The notes below the pieces were generated by a model. That model was given only the letters and a program-made list of their open reading frames with translations. It made no database searches and was not told the DNA's origin. From positions 124,001 through 188,000 of the forward strand of contig CM075993.1 in the NCBI GenBank assembly GCA_038087875.1: 64,000 nt of DNA. Reading direction: 5' to 3'. Numbering within the stretch: the stretch's first letter is position 1; the number at the start of each line of letters is the position of its first letter. The stretch comes from Malacoraja senta (lineage: Eukaryota). This document shows, one piece after another, positions 49,101 to 61,619 of the stretch. The translations under genes and the position numbers were made by a program.

Positions 49101-52100
49101 ATCGATCAACTATGATTGAATGGAGAAGTAGACTTGATGGGCCGAATAGCCAAATTCTGCACCTGCAACTTATGCTCATAGTTCCCTTGCGCTAGCATAA
49201 ATGCATCAGTACTTTTGGCTTCAACTGTTTCTTGTCGCAAATTCTACTTTAATTTCAAGTATTCAACTAAAGCACTGGAATTTGAATTAAGATTATAAGC
49301 AACTGAAAAAGTGGACACTTTTTCAATTTGTTTAATTTTATGATGCATTTTCTTTCTGGTGGTTACTTTATTAACTCACGTAAAGAGCATCAAGGTTAGT
49401 TAACTGCTAAAAATGTACTTAACTTCTGGCCTTTAGTCTAACAATTTTGTGATTAGAAAATAAACTTTGATCTGATTGTTTTGCCCCTTGATGTCCTACA
49501 TGCAGTGTGCTGCTGAATTGATCTCAAACATTGAATGTAAGAAATCTGAAATAAAACCAGAATGTGTTGAAATGTTCAGCAGGCCAGGCAGCATCTGGCC
49601 AGGCAGGCAGCGGGAAACTGTTACTGTGGTGGATTAATGACATTCAGCATTTTTTGCTGTTGTTTGATGGGTAGGTGTCTGTTGCATATTATTTGTCAGA
49701 TGAAGCTCTTGATTTGATTTAAATTCAAAATAAGTACTGAAAATGTTTAGTGTTCTGACCCACCCAATGCATGTAAGGAAGTGTGCTCTTCATCCAAATG
49801 CTGCGAGTTCAGTCAATGTACGACAATACTGCAGTTCACCAAGTATTAATTGTATAGCGGCAGCTGGGGATGGCGAGGACTGGTGGGAGTGTTCCACAGA
49901 ACTATTGTAAAGCAATACTTTTTGATCATAGGAATGATTAGGCAGAAATATGAAAAAAGATTTTGACAGTAGGGCATGATAATTTGATTGTGAATGCAGT
50001 TGTATTTTCAGCATGCTAGCATTAACAAACCAGAATCACTTTGGCCTTTTCAGTGTGCTTTCATTCATTGTTGTTGAAGTACAGAATACTCTGTAAGTAG
50101 ATTACAGGCTTACTTCTGAACCTTGTCTTCTGGTTGCTAGTTTTAACATTTGTTAAAATTTAAGTAACAACCAAACAATGTTTCATTCACAATTCAGTGT
50201 TTTGAATAATAGGAAATGAATGACGACCATGACAAATATTTCCACACAACATGGCCATACCTTTCAAGCCTTTGTATATTTTTGAAGTTCAACATAAAGT
50301 AATTCAGGGCTTGTTAAGTGAACTTAGTTACAGCAAAAAGATGCATCAACTCACGAATTAAAATAAAATCCGCATGCTCAAAGCATTTAGCACTTCAAGG
50401 ACCCTTTATCAGAACTGGAAAAATGAGAATGCAAGTTGTAGAGAGAAGGTGGGCAGAACAGATTTCCTATGGCAGTGAATAGACTAGTTTCAAGTTAATA
50501 ATTAATTCATAGTAGAACAAAATGATACAGAAACATCAGCCGTTAGCCGCGCGCGTGGTGGGAGTGCCCCGGGGAGCCGCGCGGGCCAGAACAACCGCGG
50601 CACTAATGACCAGAACGAAGACCGGAACTGAGAGGCCTGACTCTCCCCACAGGTCTCCCAGGGGACTGCGGAGAAGCCAGGCGGCGAGACCTGTCTGGGC
50701 AGAAGAAGCCTCGGCGGCAGCAGCGGGGCCCTCAACGGCAACGGGATCCTCGGCGGCAAAGGGAACCACGGTAGTGATGGAGTGTGGGGGGGAGGGACAA
50801 TGGAGGACCAGCGTAGGGGCGGCGGCTGGGAAGACCAATGGGGACCCGGTGTGGGGAAGGGGGGACACTAGTTTAGAATCCTCTACCCATGGCATAAGTT
50901 GGTGTTTGTTCATTTGTTCCGGTGAAGGCTCTGTGCACACAGTCAGTTCTCCTTTTTTCACTTTTAATTTCAAGTTTTTGTGTACCTTGTTGTGTTGTGA
51001 ATGTTGGCAGACCAATTTCCTTCGAGGATGAATAAAGTTTATTGTATCGTTAATTGAAACAGTAAGGTACCGCCACAGATGGAAAGCACAGTTTGGCTGA
51101 ATTGTTGAACTCCATATTATATATGAAGGATCATAGCATGCTCATTGGAAAATAAGCAGTTATTCCTCAAGCTTATGCTGGATATAGTGGAAGAAGGAGA
51201 GGAGGTTCAAGTCAGAGTGGTAGTATGATAGAAAATTCAATTATGGCAACCAAAAGCACATGTCATTGAGGTTAATAATTACATGTAATCCCTGCCCCTC
51301 CTTAACCTTCACCCACCCCACATTAATTTTCCACTCTCCTGGCAGGGGAGAGATGCTGCAATCTTCCAGGCATTTCATAGTTTTTTCCAGAGCTATGAGA
51401 ATGGTATGAAAGAGATTCTAACCATTACATTGCAGGGCACTGAGAACACCTTGAGCAAAGCACAAAGTGCTGGAGGAATTCAATGAATCGGGCCGCATTT
51501 ATGGAAGGAATGCAAAGGCAACATTTTGGGTCAGGACCCTTCTTCAGGCTGATCATAATAAGGGTAGAAGAAACTTGGGGAAATAGATGGGGGGAGGACA
51601 AAGACTGGGAAGTGATAGATGGATACAGGTGAGGGAGCTTGGATTGGCAGATGGGGCGAAGTAAGTGACAAAGGAGACAAAATGGCGTTGAAGAGAAGAG
51701 CAAAAGGTAAGATCAGAGAGGGATCAAGGAGATGGAAGTGGAGAGGGAGGTGGAAAATGAGAAAGAATGGGGTATGGTGGGGGGGGGGGGGGTTATTACT
51801 TGAAATTGGAGAATTTAATGATCATATGGGTGGTACAATAACAAAATGGTAAAGTTGCACAAAGATCTCACTTGCCCAGCAGTGAGAGGAGCCCTCCCAA
51901 TCAGATCTTTCCTACATGGACAGAGTCTCATTCCCAACACAAGCTGCCATCCCGATGGATGTGTGGATGAGATGGTCCACCTCGTTGTGGCCTGTGCCTT
52001 TGCCAAGTATGTCTGGTAAAGTGTGCAATGCTCCCTATTGAGTTTAGTCCTGAGCAGCTGTGAAACAAAAGACACACTGATCTCTCGGCTATTCTCAAAG

Positions 52101-52121
52101 ATGTACACTGAGACAAACCTA

Positions 52122-52392
52122 CAGTGCCCTCCATAATGTTTTGGACAAAGACCCATCATTTATTTATTTGCCACTGTACTCTACAGTTTGAGATTTGTAT
52201 TAGAAAAAAATCAAATGTGTTTAAAGTGCACAGTCAGATTTTTATTAAAGGCCATTTTTATATCCTTTGGTTACATCATGTAGAAATTACAGCAGTGTAG
52301 TCCCCCCATTTCAGGGTACCATAATGTTTGTGGGACAGCAATGTCATGTAAATGAAAGTAGTCAAGTTTAGTATTTTGTTGCATATCCTTTG
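52122..52392 (+). mobile_element. Tc1/mariner terminal repeat fragment (IR/DR type)
   Basis: TA|CAGTGCCCTCCATAATGTTT start, with an internal repeat of CCATAATGTTT near 52319. Confidence 0.65.
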
Positions 52393-53271
52393 AGATAGGT
52401 GAAGAGAAATGAGGGAAGTGAAGTAAAGGGAGAAGAGAGGTTGGGAGAGGCTGGGGTTACTGGGCAGTAGTCAATGAGACAGGTCACTTTATTTTTCTTG
52501 ACTTACTGGATCACTCCTTTTCACTTTGAAAGTTATGCATTTTCTTGGAGTCTTAAAATAAAAGCCTTCAAATATCATTGTTCAAGCAGAAGATGTAAAC
52601 CAACAGCAATGTGCGATACAGGTATATAAACAGAAAATTATAATATATATATAGTAGACCAGGTAGCATTTGTAAAATGGAAGATGACCTTCATTAAGGT
52701 TATCATCCAGAAACATCGACTCTTTCTCTCTTTACAGAAGATGTTTGACCTGCTGACTACGTCAATTACTTTGTAGTTAGATTTCACAGCTCCAGTATTG
52801 GCACTTTCCTTTGTGTGATAATGGCATGCTTTCACTGACTAGATTTCAATTCTTCTTCCTTAATTATTCTGGCGAAATGGAGCAGATGTGAACTTCTGCT
52901 GCTTGTCGTAGTGGATTGTTTCCCTCTTTCTCTGGATCCTAAATATGAGTCATTGTCACACACTGGTGAGATTGTTGCTTTCACAGCTACTGGATGGTAC
53001 AAACAGTTTGGAGGCAAACTGCTGCATGCATATTACTTTGCAGCAGAAGAAAGCAAGCAGGCGACTGAGGAATTCTATCCTTCCACCACTGGCTGCAGCA
53101 AGCAGCGGGAAATAGTCATGAACTCTTTTGGAATTAATGTCTGATACCATATTTGTGTTTTACCCTGAAAGCTATTATTATTTCCTTTCTGTTTTCAACA
53201 GATATCTATCTAAAAGCCTGGCGACTGAAACCAGTTGTGTGGTGGGACAGGCAGTGCATCTATATGATCAC

Positions 53272-53356
53272 ATGACTCTTGATATGGATGCAGTCCTGTC
53301 AGACTTTGTTCGGTCCACAGGGGCAGAACCTGGTCTGGCAAGAGACCTGCTGGAAG
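53272..53356 (+). CDS. OTUD7A: OTU deubiquitinase 7A, first coding exon (exon 53202-53356; UBA-like N-terminus)
   Basis: [29 protein letters not shown]; acceptor TTTTCAACAG (53201) and donor G|GTGAGT (53356/7). Confidence 0.93.
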
Positions 53357-56249
53357 GTGAGTTAAAGACTAAAGAACAAGTATCATCAAGTGTTCCATGA
53401 CTATGTAATCTTCAGAGCAGAATAGTTCAATGTTTTATTACAATTTTTTAAAATTTGCTTTACCATGCTGAATATCATTTCAAATGTTTAATATTTCATA
53501 ATCGTTTAAAATTGAAGTATGACTCTCTGATTGGCAATGGACACATATGTTAACTCTCCAAGGTAATGTGTTACAGTACAGAATGTTACAACGTACATCT
53601 AAAAGTAGTGCAATTTTAAACATTATTTTATCCAACTGGTCAGGTTGTCCGTGTTGTAACATGGGATTTAAATGCTTTCTCTTGGTTCCATTATTAGTTT
53701 CTGCACAAAGGTATTAGTACCTTCACAACTGAGAATAGGTACCATTCGTTTAATTTGTTCTGTGTTAATGGCCAAGACATAACCTTCTGGGTTTTTTTTA
53801 ACCTATTTGTTTGGCACAGTTGATTTCTTATTCCTATAATCATCTAACATTAAATGTTGCATGTGAATTCATCTAGTCTGGAATTAGGTTTTGGGTGGCT
53901 GTGGGTTATTAGACTGTTATCTATCTAATCAGAGCAGGAATAGAATTCCTAAAGTTGGTCCTTGAGTTGGATTTAGATTGGAGTCTGCAGAAGGGGAGAT
54001 CGACTGAGACAATGAGTTTGATAAACTGGTTGGGAGATGTTGGCCTGCAGTCTGAAGAAGGGTTCCAATCCGAAATGTTGCCTCTCCAAAATGGTGCCTG
54101 ACCCACTGAGTTCCTCCAGAACTTTGTTTTGAGTAACATTATGAGATTGTCGCCAAGATTACACCAGATTTTTTGGATATAGTTGCTGGGAAATTCTGTT
54201 CATATTATTCTTTAAGGGATAAATATAACATTTTAAAAGAAATGCTTGTTTATACATTTTGAGCATAAAATTATTGGTATTGATTTATTATTGTCACGTA
54301 CTTCAAGAAAAACTTTGATTTGTATGTCATTAAGGTGAATCATACCATGTGCGATTACTTCAGATAGCGCAAATGAGAAAATAGACAATAGGTGCAGGAG
54401 GAGGCCATTCGGCCCTTTGAGCCAGCACCGCCATTCAATGTGATCATGGCTGTTCATCCCCATTCAGTACCCCATTCCTGCCTTCTCCCCATATCCCCTG
54501 ACTCCGCTATTTTTAAGAGCCCTATCTAGCTCTCTCTTGAAAGCATCAAGAGAACCTGCCTCCACCGCCCTCTGACTAGGAATGAAGGAATTTCACAAAA
54601 TAGGAATGCAGAATTAAAGTGCAAGGAGGTAGATTGGAAAATCGAAAAATGTATCCCAAGCATGTGAGATATTTATTCAAGAGTCTGATAACAGTGGGGA
54701 AGAAACATGTTCTTGAATTCAGTTGGACATATTTTTATATCTACTGCCAGACAGGAGAGTGGAGAAGAGAGAATGACTGGAGTGTGAATGGTCCTCGATT
54801 ATGCAGGCTGCTTTCCCGAGGTAATGTATAGATGCAGTCGATGGGGAGGGAATGAGTGTAAGGCTAAAGAGATGGCATCTGCCATGAACCTGTTGCGATG
54901 AATCACAGTGGGTCTTGGGTGATTAGGAGGCTGGTGTTGATGTGTGCCAAGAGAAGCCTCGAAAACCATTTTGTGATGGTGGATGTCAGAGCCACTAGAT
55001 GGTCGTTATTAAGGCATTCATACGGTGAGCAGTAAATCACTTAGGACTTAGAGGATCAGTTTCGTCACTTAGAGTTTGGTGAATTAGTGGAATTCACTAC
55101 CAGAGACACCTGTAGAGACTAAGTTGTTAAATAGTGGTGCAGCTGGAAGAGCTGCTGCCTCACAGAACAAGAGATCATGGATCGATCCTGATTTTGAGTG
55201 CAGTCTGTATGGAGTTTGCACATTCTTCCTGTGACCACATGGTATTCCTCCAGTTTCCTCCCACATCTCAAAGATGTGTGGGCTTGTATGTTAACTGGTC
55301 TCTAAATCCAGACCAGTCATTTTCCATGGGTTCACTCTCAAGAATGCCGATCCGAAGTCTGTGACTGGCCCAGTGCACCTGAGGCTGTTGTGACGGCATT
55401 TCACTGATGCACATTTCAAAGTGGAAATCTAGCAACTAAACTACTATGAATAATTTCCCACTGTTGTGCCACTGCCTTTAATGTGACCAAGTGAAATCAG
55501 TAGTTTGGTGAAAACATAAAACATACAAAATGTAAAATATCCTTTCATAATTATTTTGCAGGATGTGTCGTTGTTTTTAATGGTATTATGAACTGAATTT
55601 AGTGTTTAGCCAACCCTGGTTCTAAAGAGAACATATTTTGTGCATAAAATGTCAAATATACATACATCAAAATATAAATGGGAACATTATATTTTAAATT
55701 ACATTTCTGTTTTTATCTTAATCTTTTATGTATGTTCCAATCTTTATTTTAGGATCTGTGAAAAGTTTCATTATTATTTTATTTTTTTCCTGATATATAA
55801 AATGTATAAAAACTGAAGTATGTCACAGAACCCATCGTCTGATCTGACCTTTGGGTATAAAAAAGGAATTGAGGCCAATGAACATAACCTTAAATGTTAT
55901 CTCAACCTTCAACATACTTAAAAGGAAGCAGTCCCCTGGGGCAGAGAATTCTAAATATTAATGATCATTCTCAACAATTCCTCCTCACAGCAATTCCTAA
56001 ATCTTTTAGTGACCTACAAATTACTTTGTATCCCACCCCAGCCATGATCCTTCCTCTTCTGCCACAAAAGTAGGGAAAGCCCCTTCGGTATGTTGTATTT
56101 CTGTGAGATTCCACTTACATTATTTTAGGTTCATTCTGTTTAATCTTCCCCGGTTCTTTGCCCTTGTGCCCCTGTCTCCTTGCATTAAAGTGGTAATATC
56201 AAAAGTTTTGTTTAAATAAATGGACAGCTTATAAGTGTAGTGAGCTGCA

Positions 56250-56990
56250 ATTTCATAGACTTGGAATTACACAGCTCTGGCCCACCATGTCTGCGCTGAA
56301 CATGATGCCAGGTTAAACGAATCTCCTCTGCCTGGGAGTGATGTATATCCCTCCATACCCTGCAACCCTTCTGCCTATCTAAAATCCCCTTTAATTGTGT
56401 CTACCTCCACCACCAACCCAGGCCGCGCTTTCCAGGCATCCACTGCACTGTGTATTTTTTTCAAAAAGGCCCTGTACATTTCCTTTAAACTGTGCCCCTT
56501 TCAACTTTAAGCTATGCCCTCTGGTCTGTGACATTTCCACCTGGGGAAAAAATGTTCTGTCTGTCTAACCTATCTATGCTTCTCATAATTATATAAACTT
56601 CTTTGATGTCACCACTCTGCCTCCGATAATCTAGAGAAAACAATCCAGGTTTGACCAATCTCTCTTGCAGTTAATACATTCTAATCTAAGCAGCATTCTG
56701 CTAAACATCTTCTGCACCCTCTCCAGAGCCTCGATGTGCTTCCTGTAATTGGGCGGCCAGAACTGCATACAATACTCTAAATGTGGCCTAACCAAAGTCC
56801 TATAAACCTGCAACATAATTTCCTGTCTCTTATAATCAATGCCTGACCTTTGAAGGCAGGCATACCATACGCTGTGTGTTGTCATTTTCATGGAGTTATG
56901 GACTTGGATGCCAAGATACCCCTGTACATCAATGCTGAGAATCTTGCCATTAGCTATAAACTTACTCTTACATTTGACCTCCAATATACT
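56250..56990 (-). mobile_element. Old CR1 LINE 3' fragment in an OTUD7A intron
   Basis: YRTLVRPHLEYCMQFWPP...LERVQ in ORF 56631-57050. Confidence 0.8.
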
Positions 56991-57093
56991 TTCTCCTTGC
57001 ATTCGAGCATGTAATCCTAATCTAGTTTCCAAGGGGTTAATATCTTTCATTAAGGATTATATTCAGACAATAAGTGCATTTTTTTATTTGCAG

Positions 57094-57255
57094 GTAAGAA
57101 TTGGGATCTGAGTGCAGCGCTGAATGACTTTGAACAACTTAGGCAAGTTCACACTGCAAATTTGCCTTGTGTGTTCAATGAAGGAAGCTTCTACAAACAA
57201 CGAGAGAAGGAACAGGTGAACAAGTGTGAGCAGAGACAGGATGAGATTGCTCAAG
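57094..57255 (+). CDS. OTUD7A: OTUD7A second coding exon (162 nt, phase 1-1)
   Basis: (G)[53 protein letters not shown]; acceptor TTTTTATTTGCAG, donor G|GTAATA; in frame with both neighbours. Confidence 0.92.
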
Positions 57256-58244
57256 GTAATATGGTTTCTCTGTGTTCCTACAAACATTTTGAATCATTTT
57301 AAAGATATTTCGTTGTTTAGTGTTTCTGCAACTCGTATTACGTGGAAATGGAAAATATTATACGTTCATGCTCGATCTATTGACATCGGACAATAACTCA
57401 AAGTAAAACAAATGAAAGTAAACGTTCAGTTCTATGTTGATGACCGTTTAGTTTTGTACTGTGGTAGGTTGCTCAGCACTGGTTCTTCATCTGGGTGCCG
57501 TAACATTTTGTGCATATTTTGAATTAATTTAAACAAGGTTACCCAGGGAAGCTGACACATGCATCATGAACAAAGTATAAGGTGAACATTGTTGTGATCT
57601 TGTTTGGAAAAGCAGAGTAATACTACTCAACATCAATCGAGAAAATATAGGAAATATTTAGGAAATCAGCTGCATGTGTGGGAATGGAAACAGTTCAATT
57701 TTCAGAGCAATGGATAACTTAATTTATCCACTTTACATCCTAATAATCATACTCTACTAAACATGGTAGCAGCACAACAGTTTATTTTATAGACAAATAT
57801 TCAACCCATAATTAGAACTGAGTTTGTATCTCGCCAGAAATTTAAAATCAGTTAATGATCTGGAATTTGTAAAATTAGTAATTTGTAAATTATTAATCAT
57901 AGTTACAAATTACTATTCTGCTGTAACTTCAAGGGAGGAAATCTGCCATCCTGGTATTATCTGGCCTGCATGCGTCTCTAAACTCCTAATGTAGTTAATC
58001 CTCAAAGTCATCTAAAGTATCCTGGCAAGACACTCAGTTGAAGGCAATTAGAAAAGCATAATAAATGCTGCCCTTATCAGGGATATCCATATCCCCAAAA
58101 CACAAATTTCAAAAAATTGCTGCATTTTGAAGAGTGAGCCTATTCCTGGATACCCAGTGAGTATGTACACGTTGCATGCTGGGAAATTGTAACAGCAAAT
58201 CTTGACCTTGAAGATACTGCATGTCTTCAAATTACTTAGGAATT

Positions 58245-58855
58245 AAGTCAAGTCAAGTCACATTTATTTATATAGCACATTTAAAAAACAACTCTCGTTG
58301 GCCAAAGTGCTTTACATTTATTATAAGAATAGTATAAACAAACAAACTACATACATATATACATATAGCCCTCGCTCAGAGGACGTCAAGAAAGGCTTGG
58401 GAGTATAGATACGTTTTTAGTCTTGACTTAAAGGAGTCGATGGAGGGGGCAGTTCTGATGGGAAGGGGGATGCTGTTCCACAGTCTAGGAGCTGCAACCG
58501 CAAAGGCGCAGCCGCCCCTGAGCTTGTGCCTAGACCGCGGGATATTCAGCAACCCCAAGTCGGCCGATCTGAGGGACCTGGAGGTGGAGTGGTGGGTGAG
58601 AAGACTTTTAATGTAGGTGGGGGGCAAGCCCATTGAGGGCTTTGTAGACATAGAGGAGGATCTTGAAATGTATACGGAACCGCACAGGGAGCCAGTGGAG
58701 AGAGGCCAGGATCGGGGTGATGTGGTCCCTTTTTCAGGTGCCCGTCAGAGCCCGTTTTGGACCAGTTGCAGGTGGGACAGGGAAGATTGGCTGATGCCAG
58801 TGCAAAGGGAGTTGCAGTAATCTAGGCGGGAGGAGATAAATGTGTGGATAATTAA
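58245..58855 (-). mobile_element. L2 LINE 3' fragment
   Basis: RSLRSAD...AFAVAAPRLWNSIP...FKSRLKTYLY; (TTGAC)n tail. Confidence 0.85.
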
Positions 58856-59718
58856 AGCTCTTAAATATTGGAATTATTAGCAAGAATTAATTAGAGTATT
58901 GTTTATCCTAAAACCCTTCATTCTATTCCCACAGAACTTTGCACTATCTTTATATAGGTTTAAACTAAATGTTTTTATGATTGTTCAACTCTAAATCAGT
59001 GAATATTTTAATTTATTTTCAAGAAATTGTCAATAAATTGCTCCTTTAAATAAGTATTTCATTCACTCAGAAATTTGCAGTACACAAAGTGTAAAAGAAC
59101 TGTTGGAAATCTATAATAAAATCAAAAGCTGCTGGGAAAACAAAGCTGATCAGGCAGCATCTGTGAAGACCGAAAAAATAGTTAATATGGTGATTTGTCA
59201 AAATATTCTTCAATTTTCGACATTCCGGGGAAACCGCCAATTGTTGTTCTCTGCACAGATGCTCTGTGACCTGCTGAGTGTTTCCAGCATGAAGTAGTTT
59301 TCTGTCATGACCTGCATTGGTGTTTCTAAACCCTTGCATGTAGCTCTTTGGAACACCTTAATGAATGGTGGTCCTGTAAAGAATAATGATCCACGAGTGG
59401 CACTTCATTTTTAAATGGAATAAAATCTGTGATCCTAGATTTCATCTGTGACTCCAATGATTCCTGGCATCTGCCAATGCACTGGATTTTAGACTCAACT
59501 GCAGATAATTGATTTAAAAGCACCAACCTGAAGATCCATTTGCCATTAATGTCTGACCTGCCTGTTGAAAACAATAACCGTTTTCTATGTCCGTTCTCAG
59601 CGGCATGGTTTTGAATCATCCTATCTAATTGAGATGTGCTTTTATGAATGGTCCTTTACACTATAAGCTGGTTGCTAGTTGTGGGCCTTTCCTAGCCAAT
59701 CAGATTTTGTACTTTTAG

Positions 59719-60027
<309 letters not shown>

Positions 60028-60174
60028 TGAGTGCAGGTGATTTCTGGTATATAAATGATGATTATAAGTTGTGGTGATCATACCTGTTTACCATACACAC
60101 AAATGATGCAGAATCATATTCTGGATATGTATGTTAAAATTTGCAGTTATTAGAAGATTAGATAATATAGTTAA

Positions 60175-61619
60175 CTAGACTAAGTGGGACCCGTTGGGTC
60201 CCAGCATCTCACGGGTGGGCTGGTCCCCCAACGCAATATTCCACCTCTCCACCAATTCCAATATTGGTGGCCAGTGGTGGGGGGGAGGGGCTTTCTGGAG
60301 CGCTAGTATGGGTGTTGTGGGCTGAAGGGACTGGTTTCCAGAGGGCTAGTATGGACATTGAGGGCCAAATGGATTCTTGGGCTGGCGGCTCAGTCACTCA
60401 AGCCTCTTGTGCTGTCAGCTCACTCACGGCTGGTGGGCTAGCAGTTGACTCATGGCTATTCCTTGAAATTCCATTTCAAGCAGGGTGCAAGGCCACCAAA
60501 TTCAAGTGCAGTTTCTCACCACTTCTAGCAGGGTGCAAGGCCACCAAATTTAAGTGCAGTTTCATATCATTTCAAGCAGGGTGCAAGGCCACTAAAGACA
60601 GCGAGTCGTGACCTCTCCCTCCTCCATCTTGAGAGACTGAGCCACGCCCACACTTCTGGGTTTTATAGTCCCTCCCCACCTCCCACCAGAAGGGGTGTGG
60701 TCTTCATGGCGTGATTGACAGGAGAGAGAATCTCAACATTTTTAAAACACTAATAACTCTTTTATTTTTCATCGATGGGAAAAATCCTCGGCACCTGATG
60801 AGCGGAGGGGGACTCTGAGTAAGATGGCCAAAAAGCACAGCCGTACGTGGTAGCGGTTTTTCTAAAATCAATATAAAGCGCAAACAGGAAGTGGTCAAGA
60901 TTAGACTTTTAATTATATAGAACACAAGGCAACTTTAATTAGGCAAGGCAACTTTAATTAGGCAAAGGTACACAAAAATGCTGGAGAAACTCAGCGGGTG
61001 CAGCAGCATCTATGGAGCGAAGGAAATAGGTAACGTTTCAGGCCGAAACCCTTCTTCAGACTTTAATTAGGCAAGGTAACTTTAATTAGGCAAGGCAACT
61101 TTAATTACACAAGGGAACTTTAATTAGGCAAGGCAACTTTAATTAGGCAAGGCAACTTTAATTAGGCAAGGCAACTTTAATTAGGCAAGGCAACTTTAAT
61201 TAGGCAAGGCAACTTTAATTAGGCAACACAGCTTTAGCATTTCCAAACCAAAGGCAACACAGCTTTAGCATTTCCAAACTATATTTTCAAACCACATTAA
61301 GGGCACTGACCGGTCAGTAAAACCACTCACAGTTTAGTAGACATGTGTTCAGTGTTATTCACAGCTCAGACTGAGAGACGCGACCCTCTCCCATCTTGCA
61401 GAGACTGTCTGAGGCACTCAACATTTCCGGGTTTTATAGTCCCTCCAGAAGGGGCATGGCCTTCAGGAGAGAGAATCGCAACATTTTTTAAACACTAATA
61501 ACTCTTTTATTTTTCATCGATGGCGAAAAATCCTCTTGTCCTGCGCATCGGAGGGGGACTCTGAGTAAGATGGCCAAAAATCACAGCCGTACTTGGCAGC
61601 GTTTTGGTTAAATCATAGA
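60175..61619 (-). mobile_element. Non-autonomous Helitron-like composite element
   Basis: On +: A|CTAG (60175), then hairpin GGGACCC-GTT-GGGTCCC (60186-60202), matching a Helitron 3' end on -. Minus-strand TC starts at 60921 (TCTATATAATT) and 61619 (A|TC). Internal duplication of ~60600-60870 at ~61365-61610. Confidence 0.65.
60927..61226. repeat. 19-bp minisatellite (AGGCAACTTTAATTAGGCA)n interrupted by an antisense Penelope tail (~60966-61060)
   Basis: About 10 visible units; the insert contains the reverse complement of CTGAAGAAGGGTTTCGGCCTGAAACGTT (61032-61059). Confidence 0.88.

Noticed and set aside
50522..51050. GC-rich 159-169-aa ORFs / second CpG island
   Set aside because: No recognisable protein; the segment ends in AATAAA and a retroposon-like tail, so it is probably a non-autonomous repeat.
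52623..52970. Alternative TATA (TATATAAA) and exon 52843-52965 upstream of OTUD7A
   Set aside because: The motifs are plausible but common in AT-rich DNA, there is no in-frame ATG, and they cannot be supported without transcript data.
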